Virus record (IMG/VR): IMGVR_UViG_3300017773_000002
Coordinates: 24,454-88,453 of that record
From: a virus
Reading direction: 5' to 3' (one strand)
DNA: 64,000 bases
Position numbers and translations under genes: made by a program
Shown here: positions 7,531 to 17,420 of the stretch, in pieces
Layout: the number at the start of each line of letters is the position of its first letter
How positions within the stretch are numbered: the first letter of the stretch is position 1
Notes under the pieces: model-generated
Databases searched by the model: none
What the model was told of the DNA's origin: nothing
The model's input: the letters and a program-made list of their open reading frames with translations, nothing else

Positions 7531-10500
7531 ATGGCAAATCAAATTTTAGCGGGTGCTGTATTTCAAGCTGGTCAGGTAATTGCTGGTGTCGATGCAGATA
7601 CCATCCTAGACACATTCATTGCACCATCATCCTCATCTAGTACTGTAGCAAATAAAATCTTCATGTGGAGTTCAGATGCTGCTGCTTACCAAAATGGTGT
7701 TGGACGTTCAGATGTAGGTGGTCTGGTAATGACGGATGGTGACTTCAGTAATCCTACCACTATACAGTTAGACTCTCCACAAATGGTAGTTGGTGGAGAA
7801 GGTAAAGTCGTAACTATCGCTCAACTTGGTGAAATTAAAGTTTATGACGAATCTACTGGACAATTAGAACAAACATTCAATGACTCATACCTTGATTCAG
7901 CAAAAGCAAATGGACCATCCGCTCCGTGGGATTCCGCAAATGATGCTGTCATTGGAGCAGGAAAGATATTCATTAGTGCACCTGAATACAATCCTCAAGG
8001 AGTTGGTTCAATAATTGTTGTCGATCTATTGGATCGTAATGTAGCTACATATTTAATTACACCGACATTGGGTAACTATAGTCGACTGAGCGCAACTGGT
8101 TGGGGTGGAATTAGATTCATTGATGGTAGAATATATGGTCATACAAGTCAGTGGTCTTCTGCTGATCAGGGAATATGGCATTTTGCCCCAGATGGTTCGG
8201 ATGAACAGTTTATTCCTGTGCCAGGATTGAGTAATGCTTCAGGATTTGTGAAATGGGGAGATAACTTTGTAGTGCCAAAAGACAACACTATTGAAGTAAT
8301 TGATTCATCAGGTACAACTTTACATAGTGTTACTAAAACTTATGCATCTCAAACATATCAGTTCGGTAAAGATATTGGTCTCACCTCTACTGGTAAATTA
8401 GTTGTTTCAAACAAAATACATTATAACCCAGAAGAGTACTCGATTTTCTTATATGATGAAGGTCTGACCAATGAAATTGAGTTTAAACCGGCAGATATAT
8501 CAAATGGTATTGCTTCAAAGTGGGGTTATGGAACTACAGAAAATAGTGGTAGTTTTGAAGTCTTCGGTGAATATATCTTAGTATCTGCTAAAGAAACGGA
8601 TTATAATGGTATCACTAATTGTGGTGCGGTATATCGTTATAATGACTCTGGTGTTCTACAGGATATATTCTATGGAACTGTCGCCGATCAAAAGATTGGT
8701 ACCAACATATCAGTAGGTACTGCAACAACAACTACTGCACTACCAACATTCATTGCACCATCATCAGTCACAACTTCACAAGAAGTTATTGTTAGAGGTC
8801 AAAGTCATTATAATAGTGATATGGGTCGAGTTATAGTTTATAGTGCTGTAGATAATTCTATAATATCAACTATCGACGGTACTGATGCTGGAAGAAAACT
8901 GGGTACTCAAGTTTTAGTAACAGATGATTATATTTTAGCATCAACCACTAAAGGTGTTTGGGATGATGATACCACTAGTAGTATTCATGCATATTCAACA
9001 AGTGATCTGACAGCGGATCCAATAATTATTGGTCACCCACTGGGTAAAGGTCATAGAGAATTTGGTCAGGCTGAAGGACAATTAGTAGTAGGTAATGGAA
9101 AATTATTTATTAATGAGGGTAATAGACTTTATATTTGCGATTTATCCAATCTTTCTGCTGCTCCTGTTCCATTCGAATTTAATTCCTCTGACGGTGGTTT
9201 TGATTCAACTGGAAATCTCAATCTCGCTCAAGCAATTCTAGTATTTAATCCATACGACAATTACTTATATGTTGGTCAAAAGAATGCTTATGGTGGAGAT
9301 GGTGCAATTACTCGTTTAGATACTAATACTATATTAACAACTGGTGGATCTCCTGAAACCATCTATAGTGTTGATGCTGCTTCAATTAGTTCTATGAATT
9401 TCGGTAGAAACATTGCTATATTCGAAGACTGTCTGTATGTTTCAGCTAAACATGCTGAAGGTTCACCCCTTCAAGCAGTCTATAAGTACAATACTTCATC
9501 CTTTGTTTCCGGTCATACTGCCGTACCTTACTTAGCGAAATGGTCTGGATCAACACAAAGTCTTGGTTCAAATGATGATTTTGGTTCTTATATTGGTTCT
9601 ATATCAGCAAGTTCTAAGGGTACTATAATTGGAGCACCTAATTACGGAGCTTCAGATTGGAATGGTGGTTATGTTAATACAGGTCGTGTTTATTACATGC
9701 AAAATTACTCAAATGGAACAAGTAGTGGTCTAACTCAATTAAATACGAGTTCCATGAATTTACAACATAATGAATGGGCAGGTGACGAGGTTTACACTGA
9801 CGAAAACTATGTATATGCTAAATTCACTGGAAGAAGTTTCTCTGGTGCAAGTGCTGTTGCAGTATGGTCGTGGGATGATATATCTGCGGCTCCTACTATA
9901 CTACAGACTGAATCTGGGTCTCTTGATATAGGTTCTTTAGTTTCCAGAGAAGCACTACCAACATTCATTTCACCGCCATTACCGCCTACGCCTGCGACAT
10001 GGGTAGCTGTGGGCGCATGGGCTGACGACGACAATGGAGAGACCTCTGGTTCAACATATGTTTATGACATAAATAATTTAACCGCACAACCAACTAAACT
10101 AACCGCATTTGATGGTGCTGGTGGTGATTACTTTGGATGGTCGGTATCTGGTAATAATGATAAGATCGTTGTGGGCGCAAAGTATGACGGTGATAATGGA
10201 CTTTACTCAGGTTCGGTTTACGTCTTTGATGCCAACGACTTATCTGCACAACCAACTAAACTAACCGCATTTGATGGTGCTAGTGGTGATCAATACTCAC
10301 TTTGTACCGTTACTACCAATGATAAGGTAATTGTTGGTTCTGCGTATGATGATGACGATGGGACTAATTCGGGTTCAGTATACGTTTATGATGCAAATGA
10401 TCTATCCGCTGCACCGACTAAACTGAAAGCATTTGATGCTGCTTCGGGTTCTTGGTTCGGACAAGCAGTAGCATCTAATGATGATAAAATTCTTGTTGGT

Positions 10501-11136
10501 GCACCATCTGATAGCAATATTGGTGCATACTCTGAAAATGGTGCCGTATACGTTTATGATGCAAATGATCTATCTGCGCAACCAACTAAACTAACTGCAT
10601 TTGATGCGGCTAATGTCGATCTCTTTGGATCTTCTATATCTGCTACTGCTGATAAGATAGTAGTTGGTGCATATAGTGACGATGACATGGGAAATACTTC
10701 GGGTTCGGTTTATGTCTTTGATGCCAACGACTTATCTGCGCAACCTATTAAGTTAACTGCTTTCGATGGGGAATCGGATGATTACTTTGGATGGTCGGTA
10801 TGTGTTAATTCTGATAATATATTTGTTGGTGCACATGGAGACGACGATGAGGCAAATGCTGCCGGTGCGGTTTATGTCTATGATTTAAGTGACCTATCTG
10901 CACAACCAACTAAACTGACAGCGTTTGATGGTGCTAGTAGTGATAACTTCGGAAGATCTTTAACCGTTAGTGAAGATAATCTATTTGTTGGTTCATATCT
11001 TGACGATGACAATGGAGGTGAGTCTGGTTCAGTATATGTCTATGATTTAAGTGATCTATCTGCACAACCAACTAAACTGACAGCTTTTGATGCCGCTAGT
11101 GGTGATAGATTTGGTGCTTCAGTTGCAGTAGGTTGA
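7531..11136 (+). CDS. Multi-beta-propeller (FG-GAP repeat) putative virion surface protein
   Basis: FGxSV...VVGA...GSVYVYD repeats; three modules separated by TFIAP-type linkers. Confidence 0.8.
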   Translation: MANQILAGAVFQAGQVIAGVDADTILDTFIAPSSSSSTVANKIFMWSSDAAAYQNGVGRSDVGGLVMTDGDFSNPTTIQLDSPQMVVGGEGKVVTIAQLGEIKVYDESTGQLEQTFNDSYLDSAKANGPSAPWDSANDAVIGAGKIFISAPEYNPQGVGSIIVVDLLDRNVATYLITPTLGNYSRLSATGWGGIRFIDGRIYGHTSQWSSADQGIWHFAPDGSDEQFIPVPGLSNASGFVKWGDNFVVPKDNTIEVIDSSGTTLHSVTKTYASQTYQFGKDIGLTSTGKLVVSNKIHYNPEEYSIFLYDEGLTNEIEFKPADISNGIASKWGYGTTENSGSFEVFGEYILVSAKETDYNGITNCGAVYRYNDSGVLQDIFYGTVADQKIGTNISVGTATTTTALPTFIAPSSVTTSQEVIVRGQSHYNSDMGRVIVYSAVDNSIISTIDGTDAGRKLGTQVLVTDDYILASTTKGVWDDDTTSSIHAYSTSDLTADPIIIGHPLGKGHREFGQAEGQLVVGNGKLFINEGNRLYICDLSNLSAAPVPFEFNSSDGGFDSTGNLNLAQAILVFNPYDNYLYVGQKNAYGGDGAITRLDTNTILTTGGSPETIYSVDAASISSMNFGRNIAIFEDCLYVSAKHAEGSPLQAVYKYNTSSFVSGHTAVPYLAKWSGSTQSLGSNDDFGSYIGSISASSKGTIIGAPNYGASDWNGGYVNTGRVYYMQNYSNGTSSGLTQLNTSSMNLQHNEWAGDEVYTDENYVYAKFTGRSFSGASAVAVWSWDDISAAPTILQTESGSLDIGSLVSREALPTFISPPLPPTPATWVAVGAWADDDNGETSGSTYVYDINNLTAQPTKLTAFDGAGGDYFGWSVSGNNDKIVVGAKYDGDNGLYSGSVYVFDANDLSAQPTKLTAFDGASGDQYSLCTVTTNDKVIVGSAYDDDDGTNSGSVYVYDANDLSAAPTKLKAFDAASGSWFGQAVASNDDKILVGAPSDSNIGAYSENGAVYVYDANDLSAQPTKLTAFDAANVDLFGSSISATADKIVVGAYSDDDMGNTSGSVYVFDANDLSAQPIKLTAFDGESDDYFGWSVCVNSDNIFVGAHGDDDEANAAGAVYVYDLSDLSAQPTKLTAFDGASSDNFGRSLTVSEDNLFVGSYLDDDNGGESGSVYVYDLSDLSAQPTKLTAFDAASGDRFGASVAVG
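10000..11130 (+). repeat. Seven ~54-aa FG-GAP tandem repeats
   Basis: Recurrent LSAQPTKLTAFD / gcacaaccaactaaact about every 160-170 bp. Confidence 0.9.
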
Positions 11137-11177
11137 TATTAATTTAACAATAGAGAATTAGAAAATGGTTATTATAT

Positions 11178-11753
11178 ATGAAACCTGAAGTTTGGATGAT
11201 ACAGATACCCAGTAATCCAATATCAATGTACTACCGTGGTAGAGTTGAAAATTCTTGGTCAAGATATAATTTAAATTTTTTTAATGCAGTAACTCCCGAA
11301 GATTTGAAAAATAAAAAAATTTTAAACTTTGGAAAGAAACGAGGATTGGTTGAGTTTAGTCTTACTGAAAAGGCTACTTGGTATAGTCATTTTGAACTTT
11401 GGCAAATGGCACTAAAAAGGCCTATATTAGTAATAGAACATGATGCTTTGTTAACTAAAGAAATTTCGGAAAAATTTTGGAAAAAATCTATGGTTTGTTT
11501 GGGTTACGCTAATGTTAAAAATCATCCTTTAGGGAATAATCATAAAGCTAAACTTGCTGGACTTGCATATTACATTACGCCAAATGTTGCAAGAAAAATG
11601 ATCAAAAGTGCTGTGGAAACTAACATTATAGAATTTAATTCTGATGCTGTTATACATGATTTTTGTAGGAAGAATGGGGTACTTGAATGTACGCATGTTT
11701 TTCAATTTGAAAATAAACTAATAGGAAATACAATAGAGCATTATAAAAAATGA
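11178..11753 (+). CDS. Glycosyltransferase family 25-like
   Basis: FNAVTP, SHFELW, LVIEHDA, AYYITPNVA. Confidence 0.7.
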   Translation: MKPEVWMIQIPSNPISMYYRGRVENSWSRYNLNFFNAVTPEDLKNKKILNFGKKRGLVEFSLTEKATWYSHFELWQMALKRPILVIEHDALLTKEISEKFWKKSMVCLGYANVKNHPLGNNHKAKLAGLAYYITPNVARKMIKSAVETNIIEFNSDAVIHDFCRKNGVLECTHVFQFENKLIGNTIEHYKK

Positions 11754-12385
11754 AAACATTTAAAGAAATAAGAGAAGGTGCAGAAAACTACACCATGAAG
11801 AAAGGACCTTACACTCGTAAGGTTGATGGTAAGACTGCTGACCGAATGAAAAGACAGGGTTGGAAACTAGTTGCTCGTGAAGAGGTTGAAGAAGCCCGAC
11901 AGATGAAAGATCCTAAGAAGGACTCTATGGTTCAGAAGGGTGGTAAGACAATCGTAATCGATAAGTCCAAAGAAAAGGAATACCTAAGAAAAGGTTGGTC
12001 TTTGGCAGAGGCTTTCGAACCTCACAGTTACTCTCACGAAAATCCAGAAGTGAAGGAATCTGTTGAAGAAGCAATCTCATATGGTCGTCCTAAGAAATCT
12101 ACAGAAAAGGACTCTGCTGATGTTGATGATTACAAAGCAACTTCTGATGATCGTAAAGCTGCGGATAAGAATGTGATTATGCAGATTCGTCGTGGTGTTG
12201 ATATGCCTAAGGGTTGTACTGTAACTTTTCAGGATGGTAAGACTCAGAAGTTTCCACAAAAGGCTTGTCAATTAGTTGCCAAGAAATTTGATTCTTTCAA
12301 GAAACCTGCTGTACGTAAGAAGTTTCAAGATGAGATTAATAAGTCATTGCCTTCTATGAAGAAAGCAATGAATATGAAAGGATAA
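11750..12385 (+). CDS. Putative internal head protein
   Basis: MKTFKEIRE N-terminus; basic modules separated by xxE sites. Confidence 0.6.
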   Translation: MKTFKEIREGAENYTMKKGPYTRKVDGKTADRMKRQGWKLVAREEVEEARQMKDPKKDSMVQKGGKTIVIDKSKEKEYLRKGWSLAEAFEPHSYSHENPEVKESVEEAISYGRPKKSTEKDSADVDDYKATSDDRKAADKNVIMQIRRGVDMPKGCTVTFQDGKTQKFPQKACQLVAKKFDSFKKPAVRKKFQDEINKSLPSMKKAMNMKG

Positions 12386-12389
12386 TACC

Positions 12390-12743
12390 ATGAAAAGATT
12401 TTCACAGTTTCTATCAGAATCTTGTTGTGACGATTGTTCTACCTTAGATGAAGAACTTGTCATTGAGGATGCGGAATACGTATCTGAAGAGGGTAAGAAA
12501 GAAAACGTCAAGTTGAATAAGATTCAACGTGGTGGTTCTAAGAAGTTTTATGTGTATGTAAAGAACGATAAGGGTAATGTTGTAAAGGTATCTTTTGGTG
12601 ATCCTAATATGGAGATCAAAAGAGATGACCCTGAAAGAAGAAAAAGTTTCCGCGCAAGACATAATTGTTCAGATCCAGGCCCTAAGTGGAAAGCTAGGTA
12701 CTGGAGTTGTCGTCAGTGGCGTGCTAGTGCAAAGGTAGAGTGA
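12390..12743 (+). CDS. Conserved basic protein (DUF6321-like), putative internal head protein
   Basis: MKRFSQFLSE; KVSFGDP...RRKSFRARHNC...ARYWSC. Confidence 0.65.
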   Translation: MKRFSQFLSESCCDDCSTLDEELVIEDAEYVSEEGKKENVKLNKIQRGGSKKFYVYVKNDKGNVVKVSFGDPNMEIKRDDPERRKSFRARHNCSDPGPKWKARYWSCRQWRASAKVE

Positions 12744-13003
12744 TGAAATCTTTTAGAGAGTATACCTCTTCAGATGTTGTAACTGAAGCGCCTACAGGTA
12801 AACTGATAAAAAGAATGATGGCGAATACAGTTCAAAAGAAAAAATATGATGCAGCTCTTAAAGTTTTGAGAGATATATGGACCAGAAAGAGCAAAGAAAA
12901 ACCCGGCAGACATGGTCTTCCGTATTATGCCAGCGGTGTGGCTAATCAGTATAATATCGATACTAGAGTTTTGGTCGGTATCGCAAAAAAAGCAGGACTT
13001 TAA
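12743..13003 (+). CDS. Putative internal head protein
   Basis: MKSFREY...VVTE N-terminus; basic. Confidence 0.55.
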   Translation: MKSFREYTSSDVVTEAPTGKLIKRMMANTVQKKKYDAALKVLRDIWTRKSKEKPGRHGLPYYASGVANQYNIDTRVLVGIAKKAGL

Positions 13004-13006
13004 TAT

Positions 13007-13014
13007 TATAAATA
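13007..13014 (+). promoter_or_regulatory. T4-type late promoter
   Basis: Intergenic TATAAATA. Confidence 0.75.
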
Positions 13015-13047
13015 GAATAATAAATTTAATTTAGATGGAACTTTTTA

Positions 13048-13347
13048 ATGTCGGAATCACAAGAAAATTGGAGAGATGATCGTCTCAGTAGAATTGAAGA
13101 GAAGATAGATAAACTATCCGATGCAATGATATCTTTGGCTAGAGCTGAAGAAAAACTCATTGCGATAGAGACTTCAAATCAGAATCAGTACAAAAGAATT
13201 AATAGAATGTCTGAAAAAATAGACAATCTAGAAAGTAAAGCCGATGAATCTCATCGTGCGGTAAAAATCCTATACGGTATTATGTATGTTGTTGCTACTG
13301 CCGCGTTAGGTACAATGTTTAAAATTTTAACAATGAATATACACTAA
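13048..13347 (+). CDS. Coiled-coil protein with C-terminal TM helix
   Basis: RLSRIEEKIDKL heptads; hydrophobic C-terminus. Confidence 0.65.
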   Translation: MSESQENWRDDRLSRIEEKIDKLSDAMISLARAEEKLIAIETSNQNQYKRINRMSEKIDNLESKADESHRAVKILYGIMYVVATAALGTMFKILTMNIH

Positions 13348-13356
13348 GAGGCTAAA

Positions 13357-14094
13357 ATGTCAAATAATAAATTAATCGGTGCGATAGAGGCATATAAGTC
13401 AATGGTCTCTAAAGAAGAAGCACTAGAAGAAAAGAAAACTCTCGACCCTGTCGATGATAAAGCGAACGATAAAAAGTTCAAAGATCGAAAAGATAAGGAT
13501 ATTGATAACGACGGAGATGTTGACTCTTCTGACGAGTATCTACACAAGCGTCGTAAAGCTACCGATGATGCTATTGATGGCGGTAAGAAACCAGCAAAGA
13601 ACGAAGCTGTAGATGATACTGAAGCGGAAAAGGACGATAAAAAGAAACCTTTCCCGCCCAAGAAGAAGGGTAAGGAAGATGATGGAGAGACTGAAGTTGA
13701 GAAGGATGATGATGAAGCAGATCCAGTTGATACCGATAAAGAACCTGAAGTAGATGGCGGTTCTGATATGAAGAAAAACCCTAAGACTGCGGACAAGAAA
13801 GCGGAGATATCAAAAATCAAAGAATCTTTTGATGCTATGTGGGATCAGATTGTAGAAGCTCATGGTAAGAAAGCTCCTGAGTCTGCCGCTAAACCTGAAG
13901 GTATTATGGACAAAGAGTCTCCTAAGTCCAAAGAATTCGCAAAGCAACATGACGCGGACACCCCAGAAGTTGTTGCTGATGGTGAAAAGGCTGCGGAGAC
14001 AGCGTCTAAAGCTGGAAAGGGTGGACCCTCCAAGAAGAAGAGACCTAATGATAACGAGATTGGTGATAAAAAACCAGTAAAAGGTTCTAATTAA
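13357..14094 (+). CDS. Highly charged, probably disordered virion/prohead protein
   Basis: K/D/E-rich; DIDNDGDVDSSDEY EF-hand-like loop. Confidence 0.6.
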   Translation: MSNNKLIGAIEAYKSMVSKEEALEEKKTLDPVDDKANDKKFKDRKDKDIDNDGDVDSSDEYLHKRRKATDDAIDGGKKPAKNEAVDDTEAEKDDKKKPFPPKKKGKEDDGETEVEKDDDEADPVDTDKEPEVDGGSDMKKNPKTADKKAEISKIKESFDAMWDQIVEAHGKKAPESAAKPEGIMDKESPKSKEFAKQHDADTPEVVADGEKAAETASKAGKGGPSKKKRPNDNEIGDKKPVKGSN

Positions 14095-14116
14095 GGGTAA
14101 ACTTTGAGATTTTATT

Positions 14117-14386
14117 ATGGAAATTGATACTTTATTTACATACGTATTAATATCTTTGGTTATTGGTATCATAGGGTATATAATGTTATTTAAGAAAACT
14201 GATCCTAAAACTGGACAATTGACCTCAAGATTTTTGACGGAATCTCCCCCTAAAAAATCCATCGATAAGATGACTAAAAGAGAACTTATCGAACTCGCCA
14301 GTCATCATGGAATAGATATAGTAAAGGATTTGAAAAAGGGAGATATGTTGACCACATTGAAAAACTGTGGTCTTAAGTCAGAATAA
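14117..14386 (+). CDS. Membrane protein with C-terminal Rho_N/SAP-like helix pair
   Basis: N-terminal TM; MTKRELIELA...KKGDM. Confidence 0.55.
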   Translation: MEIDTLFTYVLISLVIGIIGYIMLFKKTDPKTGQLTSRFLTESPPKKSIDKMTKRELIELASHHGIDIVKDLKKGDMLTTLKNCGLKSE

Positions 14387-14392
14387 ATTTCT

Positions 14393-15265
14393 GTGAAGTT
14401 TTACATTCTCACTTCTAATCATATAGAGTGCCTAAAAAGACACTTTTATAAAATACCTACTGGTGAAGCCGTAGTCGTCATTAATTCTTTGGATGAGAAT
14501 TATATAGATGCTGCGGTTTCTTTTTGTGTAAAACATAAAATAGAACACTATGTTACTGAATCGGATGGAACTCCAGCAACTGGTAAAAACTCTGTACTAA
14601 AATTATTCCTAGAAAGCGATAATGAATACATGGTGCATATTGATGGAGATGATATATTAACTGAATATGGAATAGACCTTTACAAACGCATGTCTATGTG
14701 GTATAATGCACCAGATTGTTTGGTTTTATATCGACAAAAAGCAGTAAAAAAATCTAAAAGGGGAGACTGGTATGTACATTATTTCCCATTTGATAAGTCT
14801 TCTTCAGAAAATCAAAATATATCTAAAGAAGATCTTATAGATTTTTTTATGGACAAAGAATATGGAAACTACTCAAAAAGTAAGGCACAAAAATTAACTG
14901 AAGAAAGATTAAAATTTAATGACACTGTAAAAAAATATAGTGAATCTCACGAATCTATGTGCAGAATAGTTTTCTTCTCTAGAAAATGTGCGGAAATGAT
15001 GAATTATGATAACTCTTTAGTTATTGGTGAAGATACAATACAATTTTTAAAACTTAAAAGGATCGCACTTAGTGGTGGTCTAAATATGGTAAGATACAGA
15101 GAAAGAACTAAACCCACATATTTCTATATGCAAGACTATGAGGGAACTGTTAAAAAAAATAATTGGGACTGGGTTGGACCATTTAATAAAATGGTAGAAC
15201 AATTGGGGACTTTACCGGAATATCAGAGCTTACCAGAGTTTTTAGATGATGGAACTAACAAGTAA
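14393..15265 (+). CDS. GT-A fold glycosyltransferase (GT2-like)
   Basis: ESDGTPATGKN, HIDGDD, GED. Confidence 0.65.
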   Translation: MKFYILTSNHIECLKRHFYKIPTGEAVVVINSLDENYIDAAVSFCVKHKIEHYVTESDGTPATGKNSVLKLFLESDNEYMVHIDGDDILTEYGIDLYKRMSMWYNAPDCLVLYRQKAVKKSKRGDWYVHYFPFDKSSSENQNISKEDLIDFFMDKEYGNYSKSKAQKLTEERLKFNDTVKKYSESHESMCRIVFFSRKCAEMMNYDNSLVIGEDTIQFLKLKRIALSGGLNMVRYRERTKPTYFYMQDYEGTVKKNNWDWVGPFNKMVEQLGTLPEYQSLPEFLDDGTNK

Positions 15266-15611
15266 AAATTTAATATTATATGCAGCACAACATTATTATA
15301 ATCCAACATGTATAGACAGTGAAGAATTCTTTTCTGATTTAAAAAGATTCAAGTACGTAAAAAGATTATTAAATAAATATGTATCTTCTAATGAATTGTC
15401 CGAAAGACTTATATTGAATCATCTCATCGTGATTTTTAATGTTTTCGGGAATGAAGCTGGAGTAGAGATGTTAGCATTAAAAATAGAAGGTATTGAACAG
15501 TGGAACGCATTAAAACCTTTCCTTATATTTTTAAAGGCGATAAATAATGATGATCTGACTGGTATTAATATGGACAAAAACGTAATAAAGACACTAAGAG
15601 ATATGAGATAA
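15246..15611 (+). CDS. Conserved T4-like phage hypothetical protein
   Basis: YYNPTC..EEF..DLKRFKY..ERLILNH..FNVFG. Confidence 0.75.
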   Translation: MMELTSKNLILYAAQHYYNPTCIDSEEFFSDLKRFKYVKRLLNKYVSSNELSERLILNHLIVIFNVFGNEAGVEMLALKIEGIEQWNALKPFLIFLKAINNDDLTGINMDKNVIKTLRDMR

Positions 15612-16210
15612 TGGGACTATTAAAATCAGCAGCAGATTTAGTTTATACGGTAAGATTTTTAAAACTATTGGTCACACCCATAGAAGAAACCGAAACTTTT
15701 AAGGCTGGAATTATAGACAAGGATGGTAAAAAACGTAAAGACTATAGTATGAATACTATGGACGAAAGAGAAGCTTACCGAAACTATTACACTCCTTTTC
15801 ATAGACTTGTTTTCAATATAAAGAAACTTATGGCAAAGGCTCCGGGCGGAAGTAGTCGTTTAGCATCATACGCAGCTGCGTTATATTTGATCAAAGAACA
15901 TGGAGAGTTAAACGACAAAGGAATAACGAAAATTCATAAGGATACTGGGATAGATATTCTAGACATCCTACAGGAACAGTCTGAATGGTTTATGTTAGAA
16001 AATCATCAGGTATCTCCTGGCGTTTACAGAATAAAGGAAGAAACTGTAACTTCAAATTTTGTAGAGTTAGTTTCCTCTAATGACCAGATAAGAATAACTG
16101 AAGATAATTCTCAACCTTGTGGTGAGATTTTTGGTATAAACATATATGAGGCAATACACATAAAATCTCAACAACCCATGTATGTAACCACAGGTGAACT
16201 AAAAAAATGA
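15611..16210 (+). CDS. Conserved T4-like phage hypothetical protein
   Basis: RFLKLLVTP...GIIDKDG...FHRLVFNIKK. Confidence 0.7.
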   Translation: MGLLKSAADLVYTVRFLKLLVTPIEETETFKAGIIDKDGKKRKDYSMNTMDEREAYRNYYTPFHRLVFNIKKLMAKAPGGSSRLASYAAALYLIKEHGELNDKGITKIHKDTGIDILDILQEQSEWFMLENHQVSPGVYRIKEETVTSNFVELVSSNDQIRITEDNSQPCGEIFGINIYEAIHIKSQQPMYVTTGELKK

Positions 16211-16791
16211 ATCTCGTCGAAGACTGCGAGTTTCTCACCGAAGGTTGGCCTAAAAGAGAGGGTCATGTTGTTCCTAGTGAGGTAACGTGTCTTATTTTTT
16301 CTGCAATACTAAAACAAACTAACTGCAATAACTTATTTGAGATTGGTTTTAATTATGGACATAGTGCTTATACCTTTATGAGTGTTATGAAAGAACTGAA
16401 TTTACATTCCGTGGATATCGGTCAGTATGATCATACCCTTGTAAATGCGGAAAAAATTAAGAATATGTTCGGAGAGAGATTTACTTTTTCTCACAGAAAT
16501 TCACATTCTATAGAACCCCACGAGATAGAAAATTACGATATGGTTTTTATTGATGGTGATCATAGAACAGACGCAATGTCTAGAGATCTTAATTTATGTA
16601 ATAATGCGAAAGTAAAATATATATTGGTCGATGATTATGTACGGTGTATGTCAGAAACAGATAAGATATATCCAAGAGATTTGGTCGATCACTATCTTAC
16701 AAAACTAGATTTTCCGTATCATAAATTAAAAGAGTATATATATCCAGCAACAGACAGACAAAATCACATGATTTTATTGGAGAGAGATTAA
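16207..16791 (+). CDS. Class I SAM-dependent methyltransferase (Methyltransf_24-like)
   Basis: EIGFNYGHS, SVD, FIDGDH, LVDD. Confidence 0.8.
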   Translation: MNLVEDCEFLTEGWPKREGHVVPSEVTCLIFSAILKQTNCNNLFEIGFNYGHSAYTFMSVMKELNLHSVDIGQYDHTLVNAEKIKNMFGERFTFSHRNSHSIEPHEIENYDMVFIDGDHRTDAMSRDLNLCNNAKVKYILVDDYVRCMSETDKIYPRDLVDHYLTKLDFPYHKLKEYIYPATDRQNHMILLERD

Positions 16792-16982
16792 TGAGAACAT
16801 TTAAACAGTGGAAAGATAATTTTGAGGAAACAGCCTCAACATCTACGACTTCGGTTGTAGGAACTGGAGACGATAGTTCTACAGTTGTCGTTAGAAAAAA
16901 ATATGACAGAAAAAAGAAAAGAAAAGATGTACCACCTATATTACAAAGAATGATTGACAGAAGAGAAAATCCTGAAATTTAG
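16791..16982 (+). CDS. Small putative internal head protein
   Basis: MRTFKQW...FEE N-terminus; basic C-terminus. Confidence 0.55.
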   Translation: MRTFKQWKDNFEETASTSTTSVVGTGDDSSTVVVRKKYDRKKKRKDVPPILQRMIDRRENPEI

Positions 16983-16983
16983 C

Positions 16984-17012
16984 TTTACAAAATTATTTTT
17001 TTATGTTATAAT
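16984..17012 (+). promoter_or_regulatory. Early promoter of the nrd operon
   Basis: TTTACA-17-TATAAT with TG extension. Confidence 0.75.
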
Positions 17013-17039
17013 GTAGTAATATTATTTTGGAGTATTGTA

Positions 17040-17411
17040 ATGTCAATTTTAAACATGGAACTGGTCTTGATGACCATAGAAGAAAAATCTGTAGTATTTT
17101 TTAATGGTAATCAAAAAAGTTTAGATGACGTAAAAAAAATATTTAAGTCTCAAGATTATGATGAAAATTCTATAGTACTTGTTAATATAGAAGGTGTTTG
17201 TGACACAGATCTACCCAAAAATATATTTTTGTTAGAGAATCCGGAAAGTTCTCTTAGAAATCATATTTTATGGCAAGGTATTTTTGAGGATGTTGAATCT
17301 AATAAGTATATAATGAATAAAGTGAAAGATTTTATTTTAAATGGAAATCAACTTCTAGTGGAGAATTATGATTTTGAAGAAAGTGAACCATTTTATGACT
17401 ATAGTAAGTGA
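17040..17411 (+). CDS. Hypothetical protein
   Basis: ORF with GGAG RBS. Confidence 0.6.
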   Translation: MSILNMELVLMTIEEKSVVFFNGNQKSLDDVKKIFKSQDYDENSIVLVNIEGVCDTDLPKNIFLLENPESSLRNHILWQGIFEDVESNKYIMNKVKDFILNGNQLLVENYDFEESEPFYDYSK

Positions 17412-17420
17412 AGATTGATA

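Noticed and set aside
10000-11130. CRISPR array or DGR template/variable repeats
   Set aside because: The repeats are in-frame protein repeats; there are no unique spacers, cas genes or reverse transcriptase in the window.
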